A stretch of 63,333 nucleotides of DNA, filler included, from Folioceros fuciformis (lineage: Eukaryota), in assembly GCA_049999805.1 (NCBI GenBank). It is 15 parts of 15 records of this genome, joined end to end, with 100 filler letters (N's around TTAATTAATTAA, not from the genome) between each part and the next. Parts side by side here need not be neighbours in the genome. Positions count along the whole stretch, not along the records: positions 1 to 8,445 come from JBNGIO010001749.1; positions 8,546 to 14,567 come from JBNGIO010001750.1; 13 more parts are not named here. One strand, given 5' to 3'. The notes under the pieces are model-generated. The model ran no database searches and had not been told where the DNA came from. It worked only from the letters and a program-made list of their open reading frames with translations. Positions 1 through 13,359 of this stretch are shown piece by piece. The translations under genes were made by a program, and so were the position numbers. Numbering within the stretch: position 1 is the stretch's first letter; each line of letters begins with the position of its first letter.

Positions 1-38
1 GTTGTGGGTTGTTGATGCACGTTTAGTTTTGGGCGCCG

Positions 39-3000
39 GTGATGCCTGTGCATGAGGACAGGAGAGTTTATCCTATGGCAGAGAGGAAACTGGAACGGAA
101 AAATGCCCATAGGCACATACCGTATCATCCTTCAAGGGATGGATCCGACTCTGATACAGAGCTGGCGGGGCAGGAAGATCTTTCGGAGGAGGATTTCATG
201 CTTTATGGGGGCAATTCCCAGTCCTTGCAGAAGATCTTTGACATGGTTGGCCCAATGTCTATCACACCTGGTGAATGGGAATCCGGAAGATCGCGCCACG
301 GCTCGTCTCCTTTGTCAACAACGCCGCAGTCCCCGACTCTCTCGACACCGGATTCAGGGGCGGGGCATTTCAGGTCTTCGCCGTCGAGGTCTCCAGTATC
401 CCCTGCGCCGAGGGATCGCAGAGATTCTCTGTCTGGGAGACACGGGTCTTCTCATGTCCGAGGCTCTCCGGGTGCGGGGTCTCCCGTTGCTCCTCCCTCG
501 CACGAACTATTGGCAGCGAAGGGTCACATGGATTCCCCGTCTAGCGCACACAGGCCTTCTTGGGGCCAAAATTATCAGAATGTGGACTCTTCCGTTCCTT
601 CGACCTCGTATGATCGAACTGTTCGTCGTCAGCGCCCATCCAGGTCTGGTGAAGCGAACCCGATTTGGATGACGGAGGGAAGGCCGGAGACTCCCAGGAG
701 CAGAGATTTTGCAGGGTTCAAGGGAACTTCCCCCCGGGAAGGAGAAAGCCCTCGAACTCCAAGATTCAAGGCTCCCTGGACAGCTGAGATACTTCCAGAT
801 GTGCGGGACTCGTCACCTGCTTCTGATCGTGGATCCAGGATATCTACTAGAGATAATGGTCGGCTCAGACGTGTTCCAAGTGCATCAGAGGAACGTACGA
901 TCGCCAGTCCGAGAGTCAAAGAACCAGGGATGAAAGAGATTGTGTTAAGCCCACCCCGTGATTTTGATTACAGCAGTCGGGACCGGGCATACACAGCAGC
1001 ATCTCTCGTAACTAGTCCAGCCACCCGCAATGACTTGCTGCCATCTCCCAAGCCATCTGGGACATCTGATACGGAGCCTCAAGAATCCTCCGTGATGTAT
1101 GACCCATCACGGGTCACTTCTGGAGATCCCAACTCTACTAGCTTGCCCGCAAATCTGGATACCGGTGGCACAATTCCTGCTGGGAGTCGCCTGAGTTCTG
1201 AAGAATCAACTCTAACAGATGATCCTCTCAGCACTGACGTAGATGGCATCGGAATGCTGCAACCGAGAACCCCATGGAGATCCTGGCAAAAGGTGGGTTT
1301 CATCGGTCGTGGTTCGTTCGGCACTGTACACGAGGCTGTGAGCAGGTAGGCTTCAAGCCGTCATGATTCATTTGAAGCTTCCTTCTGAGTTCTATTGTTG
1401 GCTTTTATGTTGCCATGAATTTAGGCCCAGACAGAGGCTCCACCAGTGGCCTTATCGTAATGAGTTTCCCTTTGGGGTTTGCTTTCTGTCATCCGAATAG
1501 TTTAGTCCATTGGGAGGTTGACACTTGTCTTGACATCGATGTTGTTTGCAGTGATGGGACGTATTTCGCAGTGAAGGAGGTGCCGCTTGATAAGGACTCC
1601 GGTCAGTCCATCACACAGCTGGAGCAGGTGCCTGTGACTGTTCAGATCTTCTGAATCTCAGCTATTTGAAAGCATGAGGAGTATTATGCTTCTTGCTTAT
1701 CTGTTGTCTGGTTCCCACATGTTTCCAGGAAATTGCTCTTCTCAGTCAGTTCAGGCATGAGAACATCGTACAATATCTAGGGACAGAAAGGGTTAGGAAA
1801 ATCTTCACCCTTTTCACTTTTGGGTCTTTTGTCAATTTTAATACCCTGGCTACCGCAAGGCTACCTATGAAGGTCCTGACGGGTTTTGCAAGGCTGCCCA
1901 GTGTCATGATAGTCCTGTTGAGTGCCATGGAACATGATTACACCCTGGTTACTACAAGGACTCATAAGGGAAGGTCTTTCAGGCGTTGCGATTTTGCACA
2001 ACCTGATGCACAATCGTGTCCTTTAGGAAGATTTTGCAGTTCTAGTCTCATTTGCGGCATGTTTGAAAGTTCACTGATACTCTGTTTTTTCTGGACATTT
2101 TTCTACAGACAGACCAAGCACTTTACATCTTCCTAGAGCTTGTCAGCCAAGGCTCTTTGGTCTCTCGTTATAAAAAGCACAAGCTATATGAGGAGCAAAT
2201 ACAGGGTTACACCAGGCAGATACTCCGGGGCCTCGAGTACCTACATGACAGAAATATTGTTCACAGGTGCAGTGTATTTGGGCATCTATAGCCGATGGTG
2301 TAATGAAATTAACTATGAAGCATGTCTGTCAGTCAAGCGCTCTGATGTGTTCAACAACTTGTGGTACAGATGTCTCGCTACACTGGGTCAATCTTCATTT
2401 AATATCATGTTTCTTGCAGGGATGTGAAATGTGCCAATATCTTAGTTGATCCCCGTGCTAAGGTCAAGCTTGCTGATTTTGGTCTGGCAAAACAGGTAAG
2501 GAACCACTGGTTCTCTAGGATTGTCACCTTGCAAGATTTCCTCTCTCAGGCTTGGCATACGTCATGCGCAGATCAATAAGGTTGAAGAACTGATGTCCAG
2601 CAAAGGGAGTCCAAATTGGATGGCACCTGAGGTAAGGTGGAAATAGCAATTTTTCAGTTTCTTGCAGCACCCCTGCTGCTGTGTGGAAGTCCATTTCGGA
2701 GTGCTCCTCCATCCTGTCTATCCTGCTCCAAAGATTGTTGTAAAGTGTAACGGAAGTCTGTGCATCAGGTGTTTCATCCAGGTAAGACGTATCATTTCCC
2801 AGCTGACATCTGGAGTCTTGGATGCACGGTCCTGGAGATGGCTACTGGAGCACCTCCGTTTCCCGATCTTGAATGGGTATGAACTGCTTGTCCGTTAAAA
2901 TTATATGTAGGCAAATTGTTTCCTTTGATTTTTTTGCTTGTTCCTCTGTAAGCAGCAGAGCTGATCTTTGCAGAGGTCTTGGAAAAGTTTTCTGTACGTG

Positions 3001-3326
3001 CTCTTCGTCACCCTTAACTTTAGGCTGGCCGTGTCCACCTCCAGTTTGCGGTGTATTTTAAGGTGGCAAAGGGCGAGTCACCCCCAATACCTGAAGAGCT
3101 AAACGAGGACATGAAGGATTTTATTCGACAGTGTTGTGAAGCGGACCCAGCAAAGCGCCCAACTGCAGCACAACTGCTAGAGCATCCATTTCTTCATGCT
3201 CAGTACAGGGTTCCGCCAAGTCCAAGTTCAAGTTTGTCAAGGAAAAGCTTAGGGGGTCTGAACGCCATGGCTGAGGACATGCTTGCTATGGAGCCGAATG
3301 GAGAAGCTACCTTCCAGCTGCCATGA
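39..3326 (+). CDS. MEKK1-like MAP kinase kinase kinase, 9 exons (approx. 39/73-1345, 1552-1627, 1729-1791, 2109-2266, 2420-2495, 2572-2631, 2769-2876, 3045-3326 traced; exon count approximate)
   Basis: GT-AG splicing joins kinase subdomains in order: [108 protein letters not shown]. Long Ser/Pro-rich N-terminus. Start codon uncertain. Confidence 0.93.
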
Positions 3327-3587
3327 GGAGTTGAGAGAACCAAGCACTGATACCTGCACAGAAGTTGCTCGATTTGCAGCCAGGTCTTCAGCAGCGCTGA
3401 TCAGGAGAGCAAAATGATCTGCAGGCAGCTCAGCGGGGTGTCAGGGGCCATGAGCTACTAGTAAGTAGGTCCCCCCATATAGATCATTGCATGTGAAACT
3501 CAGTTCGGCACGGTGGTCTTTGTATTGTGGGTGTGGTTATCGTGTTAAGCTCATCTTATGCCCATCGTGGCGAGACTCATCTCCGAA

Positions 3588-3709
3588 ACCTTCGGTACGT
3601 TGGTTCTGGAGTGGATACTTCGTTCATCCTTCAGGATCTGGGAAACGGACCTTCGGTACGTTGGTTCTGGAGTGGATACTTAGCGCATCCTTCAGGATCT
3701 GGGAAACGG
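3588..3709. repeat. 61-bp tandem duplication downstream of the MAPKKK stop
   Basis: accttcggtacgttggttctggagtggatactt...ggatctgggaaacgg occurs at 3588 and 3649 with few mismatches. Confidence 0.9.
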
Positions 3710-5408
3710 TTCAGTTTCATGACATGAGAAGTTGCAGGTCCCTCTTGTTCAGAGGTCTCTTGACCTCCAACATATTATATGCAGGGGCTCAGGGCTGCGT
3801 AGGTATCTTCGTCCATCTGGCGTCGAGATCCAAGGCTTCTCAGCTATGCAATGACATGTCACATATCTTCTCTGGTGGCCGTGTAGTGTGAGCTTCAATG
3901 GTTGAGCTGAGCACACGCTCCCATCTCGCATGAGTATCCAGATGCGTGGCCTGTATATCAGCTAGTCTGCGAGACTGATCTGCTCCGCACATGCCATGAG
4001 AACGTCCACAATGTTCGTGACCTTACCAGTAAACAGAAAACTTGACAAAGGTTGGAGACATCTTCAGGTGAAGTTGTATCGACAGCAGTTTCCAACCTAA
4101 GTCTGGTTGTTCCCTGGAGGCGAAGTTCAACTAGTCTTCTTCCAAAGCCAAGGCGAAGTCGGAAAAGCTCGTCGAGAAGTCCCTACACATTGCTTCGTGA
4201 TGCAGGATGACTGCGAGAGCCTTCCTTTGCGTCGCGCACAGACAAACGCCATATGTAACTTGTGTTGGACAGAACAAGACTACGCAAGCTGTCCGGAGAA
4301 CTTAGTTCTCCGAAACACAACTCATGGCAGGCAGCCCTAACGATAACCAGTACCCGTTGTTCATTTATTTTCAGCCTTCATTCCTTCACTCGGCTTGGAT
4401 TCTTTGAAAGAATTGGTGCCTCGCACGGAGATAAACGCGCGGAGGGGGAACGCCGTGCAGCTGCGAGAAGGGATCAGCGATGATACTCTGTCACCGAGCT
4501 CAAATCACACAGAGTGCCTTCCAACGACTTCAAATCTACGCTCTGTCTAGCCCCTCGCCACCGACTGTACTGCAAGTCGAAGATTCCAAGTGGCGTCTAT
4601 TCCCAAACGAGAGGATGGACCGCCATGTTCATTGGGAATGCATGCATCGTGAATTTGTCGGCAGGCAAGGAATCCTTCAACCAAAGGAGTCCTTGCTGTT
4701 GCGTGCAGCGGTATTTCAGGGCGGAAAAGAATCATAGCAAACTTGTGGCGAGCAGAAAGAAGACATGGCATGGTGTGAGGATGTTCGCCGTTCTCTGGCA
4801 GGAACCTCCCTACAGCTTCATCCACGAAGAATATTCTCATTAGGCCATTCACAGGCGGAATCTGGAGCAGAGGAGAAGGGCGCCGCTAGCGAGCGCATGT
4901 CTGCATCGAAACGAGACCATTCGGACCAGGAGAACTCCACGGAGAATTCTTCTCGACTCACCTGACTTCACCGGGCCCGCACAGTCTCCCAAATCATAAT
5001 TTCCAGAAGCTCCACCATGGGGCTCATCTTGGTGGTAGGACCCGGCGCTTAGACAGGCGAAGGCACGTGCTTGACGGCCATAGACAGGGTCTTAATTGGT
5101 CTCATCGACGCATCCACCGTCATTCCGCGCCCGTGTTGCCAGGCGCAAATCTACACTGGGGAGCACTGGCGACATCGGTGAGCGCGAAACAACGCTCTTG
5201 CACCTTCGTTATCCGTGCAGCACGGAGGGAAACCTAATCCCATGAGCGTCATCCAAAATCGTAGCCCTAGCCCGTTTCGTAGTTCCAAAAGCCTTAATCC
5301 AGAAGGCAAGAAACTCTGCGGTACACAGTTTACGGGCACATTGTAAGTGGCATCCACCGAACTCCGTGACGTTCTTCTCGGCCTCGCATGTAATTCTCGC
5401 GGACAAAC

Positions 5409-5687
5409 ATGACGAAGCGGACGAAGAAGGCCGGAATTGTGGGCAAGTATGGCACGCGATATGGTGCCAGTTTGCGAAAGCGGATCAAGAAGATGGAAGT
5501 ATCTCAACACGCGAAGTATTTCTGCGAGTTTTGTGGCAAGTTCGCAGTGAAGAGGAAAGCTGTGTGTATCTGGAACTGCAAAGACTGCGGGGAGGTGAAG
5601 GCTGGCGGTGCCTATTCCCTGAACACGGCTAGTGCTGTGACGGTGCGCAGCACCATCAGAAGGCTACGGGAGCAGACGGAGTCGTAG
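5409..5687 (+). CDS. RPL37a: 60S ribosomal protein L37a (eL43), intronless CDS
   Basis: [24 protein letters not shown]...CEFCGK...WNCKDCG...GGAYSLNT...[11 protein letters not shown]4 zinc finger intact; 92 aa. Confidence 0.95.
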   Translation: MTKRTKKAGIVGKYGTRYGASLRKRIKKMEVSQHAKYFCEFCGKFAVKRKAVCIWNCKDCGEVKAGGAYSLNTASAVTVRSTIRRLREQTES

Positions 5688-6312
5688 GGTAGGCGTATGG
5701 TGGTTTACAGTAGGGATTTCAGAGCTGCTTGCAAGATTTTGTGTAGTGTATCCTGGAAGAGCTGTTGCTCGGATAATTTTTTTGACTCCTAAGCAGGTTG
5801 CGATGGGTAATGTTCGAGGTTAGACGGAGACGATTTGGAGCACCTCGGATGAACATTGGAAGCATCCAGCTTCCTGCTTATCAATTCGGGTCCTGATGAA
5901 GGAGACTGTCTCCTACCGTTGCTGAACCTGCTAGGTTTAGAAACTTTGAAGAATTATCGGAAATTCCGGGGAAGAGTTTCACGGACTGTCATGGGAAGCT
6001 TCTTCCATCGGCTGGGTCCTCCGCATTGGGTATTGGTCCGTTCTCGACGTCGTGTTGCCTTTGGACTGGAGACTTTATTAGGGAGAGACCGTCACCAGGA
6101 CGTGATGGAGAAGAAAGGAGGATCTACCGGTGCAGGTGGAACCTGGCCGTTGACCCAGGATCACTTATCTTGGCATGGCTGCTGGAAGTCCTGGCTGGCA
6201 TGGCTACAGGATAAACAGCACATATCTTCAGGAGCAGCAAAGCGAGCACCACGGAAGTGTCGGATCCTGAGCAGCGGGATCATCCACAGCCCACTACAGC
6301 AAGAGGAGGATC

Positions 6313-8445
6313 ATGGAGAGAGGGGCTTGGACATGGAGCTTGGTGCTGCTCTTGCTCTTCATCCATATATCCTGGAGAGTAGGGATGGTTGCAGCTGCCC
6401 ACTGCAATCCGCGGGACCTCGCTGTGTTGATTGAGTTCAGGAAGCAGATGAGCGACCCCTTGAAGATTTTGGCTTCCTGGGAGGTTGGGGGCAACTGCTG
6501 TAATTTCACGTACGTCACGTGCAACCCGCAAGGGGATGTGATCAACATCACAATGGTGAGCCCCGTGTACCAGGGCCTGCAGAGGAAGAGCTCGGGGCAG
6601 GGGAATCTGGTAGGGAGGACATTCTCCCAGCTGCCTGCATTGCAGGTGCTGAGCTTCTCCGCGGTGGACTTCAACCAGGATGTGGTGCCCTCAGGGCTCA
6701 GCGTGTTGCCCAACCTTCAAATGTTCTTCTTCGAATACTCCAGTTTCCAAGGCCCAATCCCGGCGGACATTGGGGGCATCCGCAACCTCCAGACTCTCGT
6801 GCTCCGCTTCGATAACAGGAATGTTACAGGCCCTATCCCCAGCACGTTCTGCAATCTGAGAAAGCTCCAGACTCTGGACTTGAGCGAGTCTACATACGGG
6901 CCCTACGGCTTGGGTTCCAAAACCGGGCCCATCCCCGCCTGCTTTGGCAGCCTTCTGCAGCTGCAGAACCTGGTGCTGGAGTACAACCAATTCTCAGGTC
7001 CCCTTACCTTCCTCTCCAGGTTACCAGCTTTGCAGGTGCTGAAGCTATCAGGCAACAACTTTTCTGGCCCTCTACCGGTATTGGAGCAGCCCGGCCTGCA
7101 ACTACTGTTTTTGCAAGGGAACGGCTTCTCTGGTCCAGTTCCCAGATCGTACGCCCGGCTGGCTTCTCTTCAGGAACTTCGGCTGGGAGGATTCTTCGAT
7201 CTTAACGACCCTTCCACTGGATTTCTAACGGGACGAGTGTACCCTAGCCCACTATCGGGGCCGTTTCCAACGTTCTTACAGACACTCGTCAACCTGAAGG
7301 TGCGTAGTGACCCTAAACACCTCAATGATGTTCACTATTCCATGTGTAAATCCCTACACTCAGTGAACGAGTCGAGGACATTTGAGGTGATTGTCTTTAA
7401 AAGCCGGTTGCCTGTGTCACAGGTGTTGATTGTTGCAGGAACATCCATATCCGGTGCTTTGCCCGAGACCTTCGGTAGCGAACTCGTGAACCTCGAGGTC
7501 TTGGAGCTGAATCAAAACGAGCTCACAGGCAGCATCCCTGAAGGACTGGGTAGCACAAATCTTGCGGTGTTGTTGCTCAACGACAACCACCTGACAGGCG
7601 CCATCCCAAGTTCACTAGGAAACCTGTCCAATCTGAGCGAGTTGGTTGCATCAAACAACCTGTTATCAGGTAGGAGCGTGTTGCACTCCTTCCCCTTCAC
7701 TTCTTCTGGAGTGGTGTCTTCCCAACATCACTCCCCGATCTAATCCATCTCTACACGTGCAGGCCCCATCCCTCCTGAGCTCGCGAACCTGAAGCAGCTA
7801 CTGCTCTTGAACCTCACCTCCAACAGACTCACTGGCCCTATTCCCGAAAACCTGGTTCTGCAACCTCAAGGTACCCTCCACCTCGCCTACAACCAACTCA
7901 CCGGCTCCCTCAACCCGGCATCACTCTTCGGGCTCGAGGAGGTCTACGTCCACCACAACCAGCTCACCAGCTTGGGCTCCGGCACCACCGACGTCATCGA
8001 CTCTACCTTCTTCCGTATCTTGGACGCTCATTCCAACAAGCTCACAGGTAACCCTCCACTCCCACTTCCACACCTCTTCTCTGCCAACTACTCCTCCACC
8101 GCACAACTCAATCTAACAACGTGTTCCACACTTTCCTTCCAGGTCCCATCCCGCAATGGATCTTCCAGCTCCCCTTCCCATCCCTAATCGACCTCTCCGA
8201 TAACCACCTCGCCGCCTTGCCCCCATCTACGCCCTTCATCATCACCTTCCTCAATCTCTCCAACAACGCCATCGCCGGCCCCGTTCCCACCACCCTCCTA
8301 TCCTTGGGAGGAGCCACCATCGACCTCAGCAACAACCTTTTCACCGGCACCCTGGATCCATCTCTTTCTATCGACTCCCTCTTCGTCCTCAACCTGTCGT
8401 CCAACCTCCTCTCAGGTCCCATCCCCCCGAGCCTCCTCTCCATCC
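6313..8445 (+). CDS. LRR receptor-like protein/kinase, 5' part only (exons 6313-7299, 7423-7669, 7763-8047, 8143-gap)
   Basis: Hydrophobic signal peptide, LRRNT cap (DLAVLIEFR...LASW...NCCNFTYVTC), many plant LxxLxLxxNxLxGxIP repeats, GT-AG introns. Truncated by the gap, so TM or kinase domain not seen. Confidence 0.88.
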
Positions 8446-8545
8446 NNNNNNNNNNNNNNNNNNNNNNNNNNNNNNNNNNNNNNNNNNNNTTAATTAATTA
8501 ANNNNNNNNNNNNNNNNNNNNNNNNNNNNNNNNNNNNNNNNNNNN
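8446..8545. other. Artificial 100-bp scaffold spacer; 13 more at 14568, 16321, 23474, 25716, 29126, 32247, 38852, 40733, 48252, 55301, 57623, 59386, 61176
   Basis: Identical N-run + TTAATTAATTAA (stops in all six frames) + N-run structure each time. Confidence 0.98.
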
Positions 8546-9735
8546 GTCCATCCAGGATACCTCGAAGGACGGGTCCACGGTGCGGAAGCTCAAGGCGTCG
8601 GCCAGGAGCCCAGGAGCCAGGACCAGCATGGGCTCCCCATTGAATGCTTGGTAGGCGGGATTCTGCATATTGGAATGCCTTGGCCCGCTGCTGTTGCGGG
8701 TGGAGACTGGGCTGGCCCTGGCCGGCGTGGGGAGTCCGTCGTTGGTGTGGAATCCGGTATCCGCCAGGAGGATGGAATCGAGGGAGATGTCCCCCATCGA
8801 CATGGGGCTCTTGCCCGAGTCGTGCTGCTGCTGATGGATTCGGAGCACTTCAGCTTCCACCTTGTTCTTCATGAGCACGACATTGCAGGTCATCTGCTCC
8901 GAGAAGTATCTCCGGTGCGTCTTCAGGGTCCTGGATGGATTAGGCTCTGCTGTGAGGTCTCAGCTGGTCTGCGCGGGTGGAGCCAGGGGACCAACGGACT
9001 CACCTGTCGAGAACTACCCACGATGCAGCCAAGGCGGTGGTCTCTTGCACGGCGATGGAGTGAAGTGGACTGAAGCCAGCTGTGACCCGGATGTGCACTT
9101 TCACCTGACAGCACCCAGACCAAGTCACGTTTTTGGTGGAGCGGGTGCCTTGATCTAGAAGCCTGGAGAGCCTCAACCTGACGCAACTCAAAAGCAGCGA
9201 CTGGGAAAAAGCAGAGCCATGGGTTTGGCAGACTAGACACTCACCCCATCCTTTTCCCGCAGCACCTCGGACTGCTGCAAAGCCCAATGGTAGGCCTCCA
9301 GCTTCTGGTTGATCTTTTGGTTCAGCTGTTTGGCTTTGGCACCCCGCGATGCGCAACAGGTCACTGCCACACGCGTGCCCGAGACAATCGAATCTGGCAA
9401 GTGAGAGGGCGGAGTCGGGAAGCGAGCTTAACTTTTCCAACGCTCTTCGCAGTTGCGACCTTACCTTTGAGCAGTCCTCCCCATAGGAAGGAGAAATCTT
9501 GAGTCTCGTGGAGAATTCCCAGGATAATAAGCTCGTTCCTCCCCGGATTCACCACGTTCAAGAGGGCCCACTCCAGACCATCCAAGGTAAGCACCTCCTC
9601 CGCCGCATCCAATATCACCACCACGCTCTCCCGCTTGTACCCGCCGCCCATGAATTGCTTTGAGGCGAACCGCTCCTGGATGCTGCTCGTCCCGGTAGAG
9701 GAGCGATGGCCATTGCCCCGGCTCTCTTCTTGCAT
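8546..9735 (-). CDS. USP-like-domain receptor-like cytoplasmic kinase family gene, N-terminal part (kinase domain presumably beyond the gap)
   Basis: Spliced product VVVILDAAEEVLTLDGLEWALLNVVNPG...LIILGILH / VKVHIRVTAG...AVQETTALAASWVVLDR / TLKTHRRYFSEQMTCNVVLMK resembles the N-terminus of plant USP-kinases (At3g13690/At1g55200-like as recalled). Donor at 9464, acceptor at 9364, two further GT-AG introns. Confidence 0.75.
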
Positions 9736-10767
9736 TTTGGAGTGTTACAGGATGGGATCAATCAACCCCGTAGTTGAGATCCTGGATGCCGCAATGTTCA
9801 TGAATCTTGCGTGCAGCAATGGTCATGAACTTTTCGAGCAGTCCGCGCTCGTTGTTGCCTGTCTTCTCGTTTTCATCCAAGGTACGAGGAGCTCAATCGC
9901 GGACGGCTTCTTCGCATCCTCCGCTACACACGGGCTGCGTGAGCTGGTTCTCCTTCGATCTCAACGCCTCAAATGATACGTGTCCCCAGAATGACATCTA
10001 GCAGCTGGAGCATTGTGATAACAAATTCCACTCACGTATACGTGATTGGCCTATCACTCGTGTTTAACCGCGACGTTGCCGCATGTTTTTCCCACACCGA
10101 TATCGTATTACAGGACGAACCTACGTTCTGTGGAACCGATGACGAAGTTAGTGAGCGCAGATTCTTTTCCCTGTTATTGCAGGTGTTTGTCTCTGTACGC
10201 AACCTGACCTAGTCTGCCCACCTAGGGATGTCCAGAGGAAAGTGATGCGCCCCACCAGAGTGTGCTGTCTTCTCCTTACAAGAGCATTTATGCCGTTTCT
10301 AAGACGAGAGTATTCCACAAACAGCCAGGTAATAGAACAGGACCACCCCACCGTTTTGCTCCTGAAACACAAAAGTAATCGGACCATTTCCTTAAATGTG
10401 GCGGGCGTGTGGTGTATGAGCAGAGTCGCGCGCTTCAGTTTGAAGGCCAGGGGTTCAGATGTAATATGTCATACAAATGTCTGCGTCAGGTTAATTTCAC
10501 ACATGTTTCATTTGTAACGTTCTACGATTTCGTATTATCATTCCAAGCTGCACATATGTCGGGAATACTCAATCGAATGGATTGTTTGAAGTATATTCTA
10601 TCCAGTGAGAAGACCATACAGCACACTACACCATCTGTCACTAAAGGACTACGTACATAAATGACCCTTACCTGTGAAAAGATTTAACGAGGTAAGCAGG
10701 AGAGAATCCTGCTGTATCTCTGACGACATCCACCCACACACAATTCGCACACTGCTAAAAAAACTCC

Positions 10768-13359
10768 CTAGGCAGCTTCCGCAGACTCATCTTGATGATT
10801 CAGAGCGCCATCGCTCTGTATCCGAGGAATAAGATCACGAGGACCGAAAACGTCCAGGTGAACGACTGGGCTCGACTCTACTGACCGTCTCCCGCGTTTC
10901 TCTCGATTATGATGGTGACCATGGCCCTGTCGATGACGCGATGAGGTCAAGATCCCATGATTCTTGCCATTTTGACCCGCCTGGCTAGGCATTGTAACTC
11001 CATGGTTGGATATCTTCGAAGGTTCCCCACTGCCAGATCTCTTCTGTCCCGGGGGAATCATCTGCACACTACCTCCTTTCTTTACCACCTTGTTGCTAGA
11101 CTTCATTCCTCGCTGGGCATAATAACTCGTGGAAGAACCAACTTTGGCCACACCTTCTCCCCTAGTAACAGCCTTCAGGGGTTGCTTGTTCAAGTAGACA
11201 ACACTCGGGCAGAGCCCACCGATAAATTTTTTCAGCTGCTCTTCTCCCATGTTCTTGCACAGCCCATTCCCTGACACATTCAGCTCTTGAAGAGAGAGAT
11301 AATTAGCTGCAAGCTGATTAAGTCCCGCAACTTCTGCCACCTTGTTGAAGCTCACATCCAATATAGTCAGCTTCAATAAGCGGTGAAGACCTTCAACTTC
11401 ACTGATCTTGTTTGCTCCTAGATAAAGCTCCCGTAGTGAAGTGCAATGCGCCAAACCTGAGGAATAAACAACATATGTCTTAAGCCTTCTGCAATGAAGT
11501 AGAAAAGGTTTGGATGCCAGATAGCAGACACAATAGCAAGTCTGCATTTACCATGCCCAATACGAGTTATGCGATTCGATGACAAGTTCAGAGTCCGCAG
11601 TCTTGTCAACTCACGCAGCCCTTCGATGGCAACGATCTTATTGCGAGACAAATCCAGGCAGTGAACGCTTTTGGGAAAACAACCAGGAGGAATGCGGACT
11701 GCAATAATCAATTCAATACCATGTGATTAATAGCACTGTTGAATAAAGAATAATTTCAGACTAGCCAATCACGAGAAAAGTACCGGTCGGAACTTTACCT
11801 AAGGAATTCGCAGACAGGTTGATTGTCTTCAGTAGGGTGAACTGCCCAAAAGGGGGGACAATCCTCAGTCCAGTACCAGAATAGTGTGCCACTGTGGCCA
11901 ACGGATGGAGAGCCCGGGCAGCAGCCACCGCCAATGCCATATCCACGTCGACCGGACCATCAGACTGCCCTGAATGCCGTGCAGTCCCCTCTTTCACTTG
12001 CCTTCCTACAGAATCTTCAGCACACTCCGACTGCTTTACAGGGGCAACAACATCTGTGAACGGCACTTCCTCTTCAAAAGGAACACTAAGATCAACAGTT
12101 GCAAACCATTCGTCCACCCGGTGCTTTCCAGGGAAGACGAAACTGGTGTTGACTTGAAGACCGTCAAGATGAGAGGGAGAATCAGGCCATGCACCATTGA
12201 TGGTTCCAGCATCCATGCCTACCCCATCAACTGTTCCAGCAGGCACTTGCTCAATGACAACCTGAACATGAGCGGATTGCACAGGAGAAACATCTGCAGA
12301 GGTTGCTGCACTCCCTCCACTCCGACACAGGCCAGCATCGTTAGCAGACGGTGGGGAAACAAGACCGCCACAGTCATCCCCGTCCGAGCCATAAAAACCG
12401 AGTTGGTGCGAAGTAGCAGTAGCCTTTGCATGTGCTTGTGAAATACACACGGGCTTTGATGCTTGCTTGCTGGCATTAAGAGGAACGCTACGATGCGCTC
12501 TCAAAGTTACCTTCCACCAAGGCTTTTTTGGGGGTGCAGACATGGCACGGTCCCCAGGCCCCATCCCAAACATGACTCCATCATCAACACTTCGAGCAGA
12601 ACCCTCAGACCTAGTTGTAGAAAATCCGTGTGGTGCCAGGCTTCTTGATGTTGATCTTGTTCTCACCGCAATTGAGACCTTCTCATAAGCTTGAGGCATG
12701 GCTTCAGTTGGTGCGTAGGACCCATCAACCAATCCCGAGTTCAGGCTGTAATCACTGAGACGGTGTCCACAGCTCTCATTCTCTTCAGATGGCTTCATCT
12801 CTGAAAATACACCTGAGCAACTACGCCCAAAGTTTTGTAACTGCTGCCTGGCACCTGACATTGTTCCTGGGTCACTAGCCGTCAAGTGACCCGCTTCAGA
12901 AGGGCTTCCTTCCGTCAAGCAAGATGGATAACCTTGCAAACTCCCACCATAATCTTGCTCACTACCACGAGCCACGTGAGCCGAACCAGTACACAGGTGA
13001 ACCTCCTTAATATGATCATCCACGCTGGCAGCTGTGTCATACAGCGCTTCACCTTCATAGTCTGCTTTTCCAGCAAGAACATGGAGCCCATGAACCTCCA
13101 GTTCATCCACGCTGGCCTGTACTGATGCAAGGACTATATTCCCCTGGGTGGGCAGCTCAAACACCACGGGCGACACCTGTGATGAATTCTGCTGGGCCAT
13201 ACTTGGATCCACGCTTGCGTGCTCACTTGCTGGAGAAATGACAGGACTGCACGTCTCCCATGGTGGCATGGCCTTCGTCGGGACTGCCACAACAACCTGC
13301 GTGGAAAACGGGAAAGAAAAAAACAAAAGACCCTGCTGAGCAAGAAACTTTCTGGACAT
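10768..13359 (-). CDS. SDS22-type LRR protein of the MASP1 / 'outer arm dynein light chain 1'-like family (exons ~13359-11799, 11698-11552, 11456-10768)
   Basis: Spliced: HRVDEWF...ATVAHYSGTGLRIVPPF..LKTINLSANSLVRIPPGCFPKSVHCLDLSRNKIVAIEGLRELTRLRTLNLSSNRITRIGHGLAHCTSLRELYLGANKISEVEGLHRLLKLTILDVSFNK. Start codon uncertain. Confidence 0.85.

Noticed and set aside
7300-7422. In-frame read-through segment as part of the LRR protein
   Set aside because: Bounded by GT...AG and breaks the LRR register; it is a 123-bp stop-free intron.
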